A stretch of 32,000 nt of DNA from Edaphobacter aggregans (GTDB lineage: Bacteria > Acidobacteriota > Terriglobia > Terriglobales > Acidobacteriaceae): the NCBI RefSeq assembly GCF_003945235.1, contig NZ_RSDW01000001.1, positions 1,830,001-1,862,000 of the forward strand. Reading direction: 5' to 3'. Positions 25,202 through 32,000 of the stretch are shown one piece after another. Position numbers and translations under genes: made by a program. Below the pieces are notes generated by a model. That model saw only the letters and a list, made by a program, of their open reading frames with translations, was not told where the DNA came from and did no database searches. Position 1 is the stretch's first letter, and every line of letters begins with the position of its first letter.

Positions 25202-26308
25202 ATGTTTAAGCCTCACTCTATCGACCGTTTTCTAAAAGCGACGTGCGCGATCGCGTTGGCCTTTGCTCCCATGTACCTGCGTGCCGACTCGTTCACCCAG
25301 ACCAACCTTGTGTCCAACGTACCTGGACTTGCCGTCACGACTGATCCCAATCTCCAGAACCCGTGGGGCGTTTCCTTTTCGGCGACGTCACCCTTTTGGG
25401 TCGCAAATCAAGCAGCCGGGAACTCCACTCTGTATAACGGTGCCGGAGCCATCACTCCCTTGGTTGTCACAATCCCGCCAAGCGCCACCCCACCCACCGG
25501 CCCCACCGGCACTGTCTTCAACAACAGCACCGGATTCAAGGTGGGTACAGCGGCGTCGAACTTCATCTTCGACACTCTCAACGGCACGATTGCTGCATGG
25601 AATTCAAGCGCTGGAACCACCGCACAAGTAATGGCCACAACACCGGGTGCGGTTTACACCGGTCTCGCTCAAAACACGAGTGGCGGGGCGACATTCCTGT
25701 ATGCGGCAAGCGCAACCGGCTCAATCCATGTATTCGATTCGAACTGGAATGACGTCACAAGCACAATGTTCTCCGGTAAGTTCACCGATCCGAGCCTGCC
25801 CACCGGCTATACGCCGTTCAACATCCAAACCATCGGCTCGAACCTTTATGTAACCTACTCTGGCACGACAGGCGGCTTTGTCGATGAGTACGATACAAGC
25901 GGCAATTTCATAAAACGAATCGCAAGTGGCGGCGCTCTCTTCTCACCTTGGGGACTTGTTATCGCTCCCGCCAACTTCGGCATCTTCAGCAACGATCTGC
26001 TGGTAGGCAACTTCGGCAACGGCGAGATCCTTGCCTATGACCCAACCACGGACGCCTTCCTGGGTATGCTCGACGGACCGAACGGGCAGCCGCTCGTTAA
26101 CGATTTCCTCTGGTCACTCGAGACCCGCACTGGAGGAGCAGGCGTGAATCTGAACGCGGTATATTTCACGGCCGGCATTGACAATCAGAAGGACGGCATC
26201 TTTGGAGAGCTCACTGAAACCACACCCGAGCCCGCAACAATCTTCGAAACTGCCTCCGGCCTGATCGCGCTTGCGCTGTTCAAGGTGCGTTCACGCCGAA
26301 GATCCTAA
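25202..26308 (+). CDS. TIGR03118-family protein with a C-terminal PEP-CTERM sorting signal
   Basis: FTQTNLVSNVPGLAVTTDPNLQNPWGVSFSATSPFWVANQAAGNSTLY is typical of the family. The C-terminus TPEPATIFETASGLIALALFKVRSRRRS shows PEP motif, TM segment and Arg cluster. SD GAGGAG. Confidence 0.8.
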   Translation: MFKPHSIDRFLKATCAIALAFAPMYLRADSFTQTNLVSNVPGLAVTTDPNLQNPWGVSFSATSPFWVANQAAGNSTLYNGAGAITPLVVTIPPSATPPTGPTGTVFNNSTGFKVGTAASNFIFDTLNGTIAAWNSSAGTTAQVMATTPGAVYTGLAQNTSGGATFLYAASATGSIHVFDSNWNDVTSTMFSGKFTDPSLPTGYTPFNIQTIGSNLYVTYSGTTGGFVDEYDTSGNFIKRIASGGALFSPWGLVIAPANFGIFSNDLLVGNFGNGEILAYDPTTDAFLGMLDGPNGQPLVNDFLWSLETRTGGAGVNLNAVYFTAGIDNQKDGIFGELTETTPEPATIFETASGLIALALFKVRSRRRS

Positions 26309-26329
26309 CGAACCTCACAGTTACGCTCA

Positions 26330-26366
26330 CCTTCTGTGCCGGGATATCCCTACCCGTCACAGAAGG
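26330..26366 (+). terminator. perfect 9-bp stem (CCTTCTGTG/CACAGAAGG) with 19-nt loop, 22 nt after the TIGR03118 stop, no U-tract
   Basis: Read directly. Confidence 0.3.
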
Positions 26367-26421
26367 TGGCCGCATCTACATCTCTGGACTCCTCGCTCCA
26401 CCGGGCGTATCATTCCGGCCC

Positions 26422-26670
26422 ATGAGCCAACAGGACTACCAATCGACCGAGACCTACATCACTGTGGTGCACGAGCACATGCTCCCCGTCGTGCTCTTTG
26501 TTCTCGTGGCCGCTCTGATCCTCATCATTCCTTACTGGAAGATATTCGGTAAGGCAGGCTTCCCACGCGTCTTTGGCGTCTTCATGATCTTCCCCCTCGT
26601 GAACCTGATCCTCCTCTATGTTCTCGCCTTCTCCCGATGGAGGATCCCTCCACCGCGACCTGAAAACTAA
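26422..26670 (+). CDS. small membrane protein (two TM segments), DUF5684-like from memory
   Basis: PYWKIFGKAGFPRVFGVFMIFPLVNLILLYVLAFSRW resembles the WK-x-F-x-KAG-x-PGW...P-x-VN motif of that family. Confidence 0.55.
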   Translation: MSQQDYQSTETYITVVHEHMLPVVLFVLVAALILIIPYWKIFGKAGFPRVFGVFMIFPLVNLILLYVLAFSRWRIPPPRPEN

Positions 26671-26894
26671 GCATCCCCTTTCCCAAGGGCACCTCCCTTT
26701 GACACCATTGACCAACTTAACTTGACAGGAGAAGCACAGGCCCGGCACACCACCGGGCACCTTCATTTAAGAAGGTACCTACTCGAAGTCCGGACCCAAG
26801 TCATTTCCTTCGAAGACTTTAGGACTTTTTGTAGGGGGAAGGGGTACTATCAACCCGTCGAGCCAACAACCCGAATCCACGAGCGAGCAACCAA

Positions 26895-27980
26895 ATGCAG
26901 ATGGACCTTCACCAACCGGCACAAGACACCGTCCTGAAAAATATCTGGAAGCAGATCACCCTCTTCCTGCTGACCTTCGGCGCCGTCGTCATCTGCTTCT
27001 TTATCATCCACCCTTTCCTCTCTGCCATCATCGGAGCCATCGTCCTGGCCGTCATCACCCAGCGCCCTTACAAAGCGCTGACCCGCAAGATCAAAAACCG
27101 TAACCTCTCCTCTACAATCGCACTCGTCCTCGTCATCCTCAGCGTCGTCATTCCCTGCTTCTTCATCCTGCAGGATCTCGTCCAGGGAACCACTACCATC
27201 ATCATCTTTCTCCGCAGCGACGTCCCCCAAAAGAGCCTCGCCCAATTCCTCGAAGCCCATCCCACCATCGCATCTGACATTCACATCATCTCCAATAACA
27301 TTGATCTGCAAAACACTGTCCGCACGATGGCCGCCGTTCTGGGTGGCCTCCTTACTGGCTTCCTCAGTTATTCCTTCAGCGCCACCGTGCAGCTCATCAT
27401 CTTGCTCTTCATCCTCTTCTTCCTCTACCGCGATCAGGAGATGGCGATCGCCTTCGCACGTTCTCTCCTGCCTCTCAACGAGCAAGAGACCGATGCGCTA
27501 CTCACCAACATGAGCAGCACCATCAATGCCACCGCCCTTGGCAGACTCGTCATCGGACTCGTTCAAGGCCTCCTCGCCGGCCTCGCCTTCTGGGTATTCG
27601 GAGTACCCAACACCATGCTATGGATGGCCGTAACAGTCATCGTCTCCATACTCCCTGCCGTGGGCGCAAGCATAGTCTGGGTTCCCATCGCGCTGTACCT
27701 CGGCCTCACCGGCCACTGGGGCAAGGCCGCCCTCCTCACCGCCTGGGGGACCTTCGTCGTCAGCAGCATCGACAACTTCCTCTATCCCGTGCTCGTCGGC
27801 TCCAAACTCAACCAACACACCGTCTCCATCCTTCTCGCAATCCTAGGCGGCGTTGTCATCTTCGGATTCTCTGGCGTCATCTTGGGCCCTCTGGCCTTCA
27901 CCATCGCCTCGACACTGCTCGATATTTGGCAAGCACGCAACAACAATCTGAATCCCCGCCCGCCACTCCCCCAAAGTTGA
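26895..27980 (+). CDS. AI-2E family transporter (PerM/UPF0118)
   Basis: About 8 TM segments. Conserved C-terminal half: LSILPAVGASIVWVPIALYL, VSSIDNFLYPVLVGSKLNQHTVSILLAILGG, GVILGPLAFTI. Confidence 0.85.
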   Translation: MQMDLHQPAQDTVLKNIWKQITLFLLTFGAVVICFFIIHPFLSAIIGAIVLAVITQRPYKALTRKIKNRNLSSTIALVLVILSVVIPCFFILQDLVQGTTTIIIFLRSDVPQKSLAQFLEAHPTIASDIHIISNNIDLQNTVRTMAAVLGGLLTGFLSYSFSATVQLIILLFILFFLYRDQEMAIAFARSLLPLNEQETDALLTNMSSTINATALGRLVIGLVQGLLAGLAFWVFGVPNTMLWMAVTVIVSILPAVGASIVWVPIALYLGLTGHWGKAALLTAWGTFVVSSIDNFLYPVLVGSKLNQHTVSILLAILGGVVIFGFSGVILGPLAFTIASTLLDIWQARNNNLNPRPPLPQS

Positions 27981-28033
27981 CAGCCCCTCTGCGGAGGCGA
28001 ACACTTATCTATTGAAGGAAGTACCTCTCTTTT

Positions 28034-29866
28034 ATGAAGACCGAAACGGCCACCGTAACCCTTGCCGCCCCTCCCACAACCAACAAGCATCTCATCCGAT
28101 GGGTCGAAAAGATGGCAGACCTCTGCCAGCCCGACCACATCCACTGGGTCGACGGCTCCCAAGCCGAATACGACTTCCTCTGCGATCAGCTCATCCAGGC
28201 CGGCACCTTTACCCGTCTCAACCAGAAGCTCTGGCCCGGCTGCTTCTACGCCCGCTCAGCCCCCAACGACGTTGCTCGAGTAGAAGACCGCACCTTCATC
28301 TGCTCCCTCTCCAAAGACAACGCCGGCCCCACCAATAACTGGGAAGACCCCTTCGTGATGCGCCGCAAACTGAAGCAACTCTTCCGCGGTTCCATGCGTG
28401 GCCGCACCATGTACGTCCTGCCCTACTCCATGGGTCCCGTAGGCTCACCCATGTCCCAGATCGGCGTCCAGCTCACCGACTCCGCCTACGCCGTCGTCAA
28501 CATGCGGATCATGGCCCGTATCGGCACGCCCGTCTTCGCCGAGATCGACAAGGACGAGAAGCGCGTCGTCCCCTGCATGCACACCGTCGGCGCTCCCCTC
28601 GCACCCGGCGAACAAGACGTCCCCTGGCCCTGCAACGACGAGAAGTACATCGTCCACTTCCCCGAAACCCGCGAGATCTGGTCTTACGGCAGCGGCTACG
28701 GCGGCAACGCACTCCTCGGCAAAAAGTGCTTCGCCCTCCGCATCGCCTCCAACATCGCCCGCGACGAAGGCTGGATGGCCGAGCACATGCTCATCCTCGG
28801 CGTCGAATCCCTGACCCACGAAAAGACCTACGTTGCAGCAGCCTTCCCCAGCGCCTGCGGCAAGACCAACTTCGCCATGATGATCCCGCCCAAAGGCTTC
28901 GACGGCTGGAAGGTCTGGACCGTCGGTGACGACATCGCCTGGATCAAGCCCGACGTCACTGGCCAACTCCGTGCCATCAACCCCGAGGCAGGCTTCTTCG
29001 GCGTAGCTCCCGGCACCAGCGCGAAGACCAACCCCAACGCCATGGCCACTCTGGCCAAAAACACCATCTTCACCAACGTGGCCCTCACTCCCGAAGGCGG
29101 CGTCTGGTGGGAAGGCATGACCGACACGCCACCCGACGAACTCATCGACTGGCGTGGCAACAAGTGGACACCCGCGATCGGCAAGGCAACCGGCCAACCG
29201 GCCGCCCATCCCAACGGACGCTTCACCGCCCCTGCAAGCCAGTGTCCCAGCATCGACCCCGATTGGGAGGCCCCCGAAGGCGTCCCCATCTCCGCCATCA
29301 TCTTCGGCGGACGCCGCGCCACAACCATGCCCCTCGTCTACCAGGCCTTCAACTGGTCCGGAGGCGTCTACGCCGGTGCCACCATGGGCAGCGAGATCAC
29401 CGCAGCAGCCGGAGGCACGCTCGGCAAAGTCCGCCGCGACCCCATGGCCATGCTCCCCTTCTGCGGCTACCACATGGGCGACTACTTCCGTCACTGGATC
29501 AAGATGCAGCGCACCCTCTCCTCCACCCCGCGCGTCTTCCACGTCAACTGGTTCCGCAAGGACGAAAACGGCAAGTTCCTCTGGCCCGGCTACAGCGAGA
29601 ACATGCGCGTCCTCAAATGGATCGTCGACCGTGTCCGCGGGCGCGCCCAGGGCAAAGAGACCCCGATCGGCTGGACCCCCCACTTCGACGATATCAACTG
29701 GAAGGGCCTCGACTTCCCCCAGGCCACCTTCGACCGCCTCCAGGAGGTCGACCGCACCGCTTGGCGCCGTGAAGTCATGGACCACGAAGAGCTCTTCCTT
29801 TTGCTCCACGACCACCTCCCCCCAGAGATGATCTACGAGCGCGAGCTCCTCATCTGCCGGCTCTAA
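28034..29866 (+). CDS. pckG: phosphoenolpyruvate carboxykinase (GTP)
   Basis: 610 aa with GTP-PEPCK motifs [39 protein letters not shown] (kinase-1a), [34 protein letters not shown]. Confidence 0.95.
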   Translation: MKTETATVTLAAPPTTNKHLIRWVEKMADLCQPDHIHWVDGSQAEYDFLCDQLIQAGTFTRLNQKLWPGCFYARSAPNDVARVEDRTFICSLSKDNAGPTNNWEDPFVMRRKLKQLFRGSMRGRTMYVLPYSMGPVGSPMSQIGVQLTDSAYAVVNMRIMARIGTPVFAEIDKDEKRVVPCMHTVGAPLAPGEQDVPWPCNDEKYIVHFPETREIWSYGSGYGGNALLGKKCFALRIASNIARDEGWMAEHMLILGVESLTHEKTYVAAAFPSACGKTNFAMMIPPKGFDGWKVWTVGDDIAWIKPDVTGQLRAINPEAGFFGVAPGTSAKTNPNAMATLAKNTIFTNVALTPEGGVWWEGMTDTPPDELIDWRGNKWTPAIGKATGQPAAHPNGRFTAPASQCPSIDPDWEAPEGVPISAIIFGGRRATTMPLVYQAFNWSGGVYAGATMGSEITAAAGGTLGKVRRDPMAMLPFCGYHMGDYFRHWIKMQRTLSSTPRVFHVNWFRKDENGKFLWPGYSENMRVLKWIVDRVRGRAQGKETPIGWTPHFDDINWKGLDFPQATFDRLQEVDRTAWRREVMDHEELFLLLHDHLPPEMIYERELLICRL

Positions 29867-29877
29867 ACCAACAACAG

Positions 29878-29911
29878 GTCCGGCCTCCAGCGCCCATCGC
29901 AATGGCCGGAC
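29878..29911 (+). terminator. 8-bp stem (GTCCGGCC/GGCCGGAC) with 18-nt loop, 12 nt after the pckG stop, no U-tract
   Basis: Read directly. Confidence 0.3.
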
Positions 29912-30022
29912 TAAACTCTCACTATCTATTTGAAATAAATAGCCTTAATACCCAGAATCCCTGTAATCCCCGCCTACCCAGTACCAACAAGGGAAAGGCC
30001 CCGTTTCTCCACAATCTCTCTC

Positions 30023-30051
30023 TTGACTCCATGTGAATTTCCCGTTATCTT
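30023..30051 (+). promoter_or_regulatory. near-consensus sigma-70-type promoter TTGACT-17 nt-TATCTT
   Basis: TTGACT 30023-30028, 17-nt spacer, TATCTT 30046-30051. No protein gene follows on this strand before a terminator. Confidence 0.45.
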
Positions 30052-30056
30052 AGATG

Positions 30057-30168
30057 AGTGGCAAGACTCCCTTCGGGTTGAGTCGGTCATAACGAAGTCC
30101 ACCCACTTCGTTGCTTTACTGGAACACCCACGCAACAGCCCCCACCGCGCTGCGTGGGTTTCCATTTT
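30057..30168 (+). ncRNA. candidate small RNA of about 110 nt (three hairpins, the last an intrinsic terminator)
   Basis: Hairpin 1: GACUCCC-UUCG-GG(UU)GAGUC, 30065-30084. Hairpin 2: AACGAAGU-CCACCC-ACUUCGUU, 30091-30112. Hairpin 3: ACCCACGCA (30126-30134) / UGCGUGGGU (30151-30159) followed by UUUCCAUUUU. The 5' end is inferred from the promoter only. Confidence 0.4.
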
Positions 30169-30180
30169 AAGGCGAATTAT

Positions 30181-30690
30181 TCACGCCATCCTCTGATTGT
30201 GAGGCAGTTCGAGCACCACGCGTGCAGTCTCCGCCCCAAACACCGGCAGACCAACGTCCGTCAGCAACCCAATCTGCTTAAGCACCGAAGCCTGGTCCCA
30301 ATAGACACGCTCGTGCGCCAGTTTGCCATCGCGGAACCGCACAATCGCCACCAGCGGTACCTCCACATGGCGGCCCGTCGGAGCAATACCCGGCAGAATC
30401 CACGGCATCTCCACCGTGTGGGTAAACGAGATCACCATCTCGTCCACCAGCTGATCTTCCCCAACCGTTCGAGACACATCGGTCAGTGTAAAGTCAGGCG
30501 GCATGCACGGTAAAAAGTCCTTGCCGTAGAACACTCGCAACTCACTCTTGCCTCTGCCGCCGGTCATCACCGGAACGTGGTTGACATACGCATCCGCTGC
30601 CATCGTGGACAGTGTGGCCTCCACATCAGGAGTCGCGAACTCATACTTCGTGTGCTCGTCCCAAAGCTTTTCGAGGTCATACCGTTTCAT
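30181..30690 (-). CDS. NTF2-like / SnoaL-like family protein
   Basis: 169 aa. The HTKYEF...VNHVP..TGG.G...FY ... RFRDGKLAHERVYWDQASVLKQIGLL pattern is typical of SnoaL_2/NTF2-fold proteins (from memory). TAGAAT (30697-30702 on +) lies 6 nt upstream of the ATG, with no SD. Confidence 0.6.
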   Translation of the reverse strand: MKRYDLEKLWDEHTKYEFATPDVEATLSTMAADAYVNHVPVMTGGRGKSELRVFYGKDFLPCMPPDFTLTDVSRTVGEDQLVDEMVISFTHTVEMPWILPGIAPTGRHVEVPLVAIVRFRDGKLAHERVYWDQASVLKQIGLLTDVGLPVFGAETARVVLELPHNQRMA

Positions 30691-30716
30691 GCGGGCATTC
30701 TACGCCCCATCCCGAC

Positions 30717-30745
30717 TTGACGCCGCCGCCCAAACCCTCTAACCT
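30717..30745 (+). promoter_or_regulatory. putative promoter TTGACG-17 nt-TAACCT placed to start transcription at the sORF ATG
   Basis: TTGACG 30717-30722, 17-nt spacer, TAACCT 30740-30745, then 6 nt (TTTCCC) to ATG 30752. Its -35 overlaps the divergent SnoaL-like upstream region. Confidence 0.4.
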
Positions 30746-30751
30746 TTTCCC

Positions 30752-30838
30752 ATGGGATTGATGCGCATCGCAGCCTGTACTTGTTGCCTTTGTTGTAAGG
30801 GCACTTGTTGCTGCTGCGTTGGACTCTCCCTCACCTAA
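30752..30838 (+). CDS. 28-codon polycysteine sORF MGLMRIAACTCCLCCKGTCCCCVGLSLT (candidate leader peptide)
   Basis: Translated by hand; too short for the ORF track. It has 9 Cys codons (5 TGT, 4 TGC), no SD, TAA at 30836-30838, and a terminator 35 nt downstream. Confidence 0.5.
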   Translation: MGLMRIAACTCCLCCKGTCCCCVGLSLT

Positions 30839-30872
30839 GCGAACCGAACCAATTCGGCCTTAGAGGATCTCA

Positions 30873-30917
30873 GGAACCCACGTATCAGCGCTAGCCGCGA
30901 ACGTGGGTTTTCTTTTT
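30873..30917 (+). terminator. intrinsic terminator / attenuator hairpin
   Basis: GG-AACCCACGT (30875-30883), 17-nt loop, ACGTGGGTT (30901-30909), then TTCTTTTTG. Confidence 0.65.
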
Positions 30918-30957
30918 GCCCCAACACCAACTCAAACATTCGGAATCAAGGAGCCAC

Positions 30958-31080
30958 ATGGCACCCCTCCACAACGGCAAAACAGCAAGCCGCATCAACG
31001 TCGACCTCATCGCCGTAGCCATCGCCCTCACCCTGGCTGCGCTCATCCGTTTCAACGTCATCCCTCCGATCTCCTTCTAG
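30958..31080 (+). CDS. 40-aa single-TM small protein MAPLHNGKTASRINVDLIAVAIALTLAALIRFNVIPPISF
   Basis: Consensus SD AAGGAG 5 nt upstream of the ATG, a hydrophobic helix, and codon third positions GC-rich like the neighbouring genes. Ends 13 nt before the transporter start. Confidence 0.55.
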   Translation: MAPLHNGKTASRINVDLIAVAIALTLAALIRFNVIPPISF

Positions 31081-31093
31081 CAAACAGAGAGAA

Positions 31094-32000
31094 ATGTCCG
31101 CCGCCCACACCATCACGACACCGATCGCCATCCCGGCACCATCGCCCGCGACCCGCCTCGCGCGCGCGCTCCCCGGCATCGGCCTTCTCTTCGGTATCGG
31201 CTTCCTGGGCAAGTTCCTCGAACACACCTTCACTCAACTCCGCACCGCCCACCCGGGCATCCCTTTCCCTCACCTCGAATACGTCCTCTGGGCCATCGTC
31301 CTCGGCCTCGCCATCGGCAACGTCTTCGGTGTAGCCGAAATCTTCCGTCCGGGCATAGCCACCTACGAGCTCTGGCTCAAACTAGGCATCGTCCTCGTAG
31401 GCGCCCGCTTCCTCTTGCAGGACATCCTCCACATCGGGGGCCTATCCCTCGCCCTTGTAGCCGTCGAGCTCATCCTCTCCCTCAGCGTGATGCACCTGCT
31501 AGGCCGCATCTTCAAGCTCCCACCCAAGCTCACGTCTTTGCTCGCCATTGGCTCCAGCATCTGCGGAGTCACCGCCATCATGGCCGCCCAGGGAGCCATC
31601 GAGCCCGAAGAAGAAGACACCAGCACTGCCATCGCCGCCATCCTCACCCTCGGAGCCATCGCCCTCTTCACCTTCCCCGCCATCGGCCACGCTCTCCACA
31701 TGAGCCAGCAGGGCTTCGGCATGTGGGCCGGCCTTGCCGTCGACAACACCGCCGAGTCCCTTGTCACCGGCTCGCTCTTCGGCGAAGAAGCCGGTCGCTG
31801 GACCGTCCTCGCCAAGACCGCCCGCTCCGGCTTCATCGGCTTCGTCGTCCTCGCCTACGCCGTCTACTGGTCCTCGCGCGGCCTCGCCCCCGACGTCGAG
31901 CACAAGGGCGTCTTCCTCTGGCGTAAATTCCCCAAGTTCATCCTCGGTTTCATCGCGCTCTCCATCCTCGCCACCAGCGGATTCTTCACCCACACCCAAC
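31094..32000 (+). CDS. UPF0324 / YeiH-family membrane protein ('putative sulfate exporter family transporter'), 3' end outside window
   Basis: Open frame from ATG 31094 to the window end, translated by hand and absent from the ORF track because it has no stop. Multi-TM sequence with LLAIGSSICGVTAIMAAQGAI and GMWAGLAVDNTAESLV regions matching my memory of the family. Confidence 0.75.
   Translation, partial: MSAAHTITTPIAIPAPSPATRLARALPGIGLLFGIGFLGKFLEHTFTQLRTAHPGIPFPHLEYVLWAIVLGLAIGNVFGVAEIFRPGIATYELWLKLGIVLVGARFLLQDILHIGGLSLALVAVELILSLSVMHLLGRIFKLPPKLTSLLAIGSSICGVTAIMAAQGAIEPEEEDTSTAIAAILTLGAIALFTFPAIGHALHMSQQGFGMWAGLAVDNTAESLVTGSLFGEEAGRWTVLAKTARSGFIGFVVLAYAVYWSSRGLAPDVEHKGVFLWRKFPKFILGFIALSILATSGFFTHTQ

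Noticed and set aside
26699-26726. Three TTGAC motifs (26699, 26708, 26722) upstream of the AI-2E transporter, considered as a regulator-binding array or stacked -35 boxes
   Set aside because: The spacing is irregular (9 and 14 nt). No matching -10 lies at 16-18 nt from any of them. A 5-mer occurring three times is weak evidence.
28445-29902. 485-aa ORF antisense to pckG
   Set aside because: Antisense shadow ORF. pckG motifs are unambiguous on the + strand.
29926-29942. AT-rich palindrome CTATTT-GAAAT-AAATAG between pckG and the sRNA promoter, considered as an operator
   Set aside because: It has only 6-bp AT arms. It is kept as context in the sRNA finding, but cannot be supported as a feature on its own.
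30054-30092. 12-codon ORF (MSGKTPFGLSRS) inside the sRNA candidate
   Set aside because: The ATG lies only 3 nt after the -10 hexamer, upstream of the expected TSS. It has no SD, and the sequence is better explained by the hairpins.

Overview
High-GC chromosomal segment (roughly 60% by eye, not computed). It looks like an Acidobacteriota/Terriglobia genome, inferred from family content: TIGR03435-type, TIGR03436-type VWA, TIGR03118 with PEP-CTERM, and GxxExxY. I support about 30 protein genes. Left edge: the 3' part of a tyrosine integrase abutting tRNA-Ala(CGC). Then fbp, followed by a run of secreted peptidases (Tat-signal M24 Xaa-Pro aminopeptidase, M13, S15 CocE/NonD, and M14 translationally coupled to an acidobacterial VWA protein). 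Next come a PhnB-like VOC protein and an O-methyltransferase. ispD and ispF are split by a GxxExxY gene. Then a frameshifted CarboxypepD_reg gene, tilS, ftsH, a membrane protein, an alpha/beta hydrolase and lptE-holA. A lower-GC block follows (orphan secreted protein, Tat-DsrE-like, TIGR03435). After it come DinB, an Fpg/Nei glycosylase, a TIGR03118/PEP-CTERM protein, a small membrane protein, an AI-2E transporter, GTP-PEPCK and an NTF2/SnoaL-like protein. The right edge holds a partial YeiH/UPF0324 ('putative sulfate exporter family') transporter. Most of the window is housekeeping. The items most worth a second look are listed here. (1) An unannotated, apparently leaderless 28-codon ORF with 9 Cys codons, followed by an intrinsic terminator, upstream of the YeiH-family operon. 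This is a candidate cysteine-sensing attenuator. (2) An orphan promoter-to-terminator unit of about 110 nt (candidate sRNA) after pckG. (3) The GxxExxY gene, bracketed by inverted arrays of ATCGGTG units and inserted into ispD-ispF, with a solo array elsewhere. (4) A synonymous-only diverged copy of the holA 3' end 2.76 kb downstream, bracketing the low-GC genes. (5) A 54-codon in-frame insertion with non-coding-like codon usage inside holA. All calls come from reading the sequence by hand and recalling family motifs. No database search or folding program was run.
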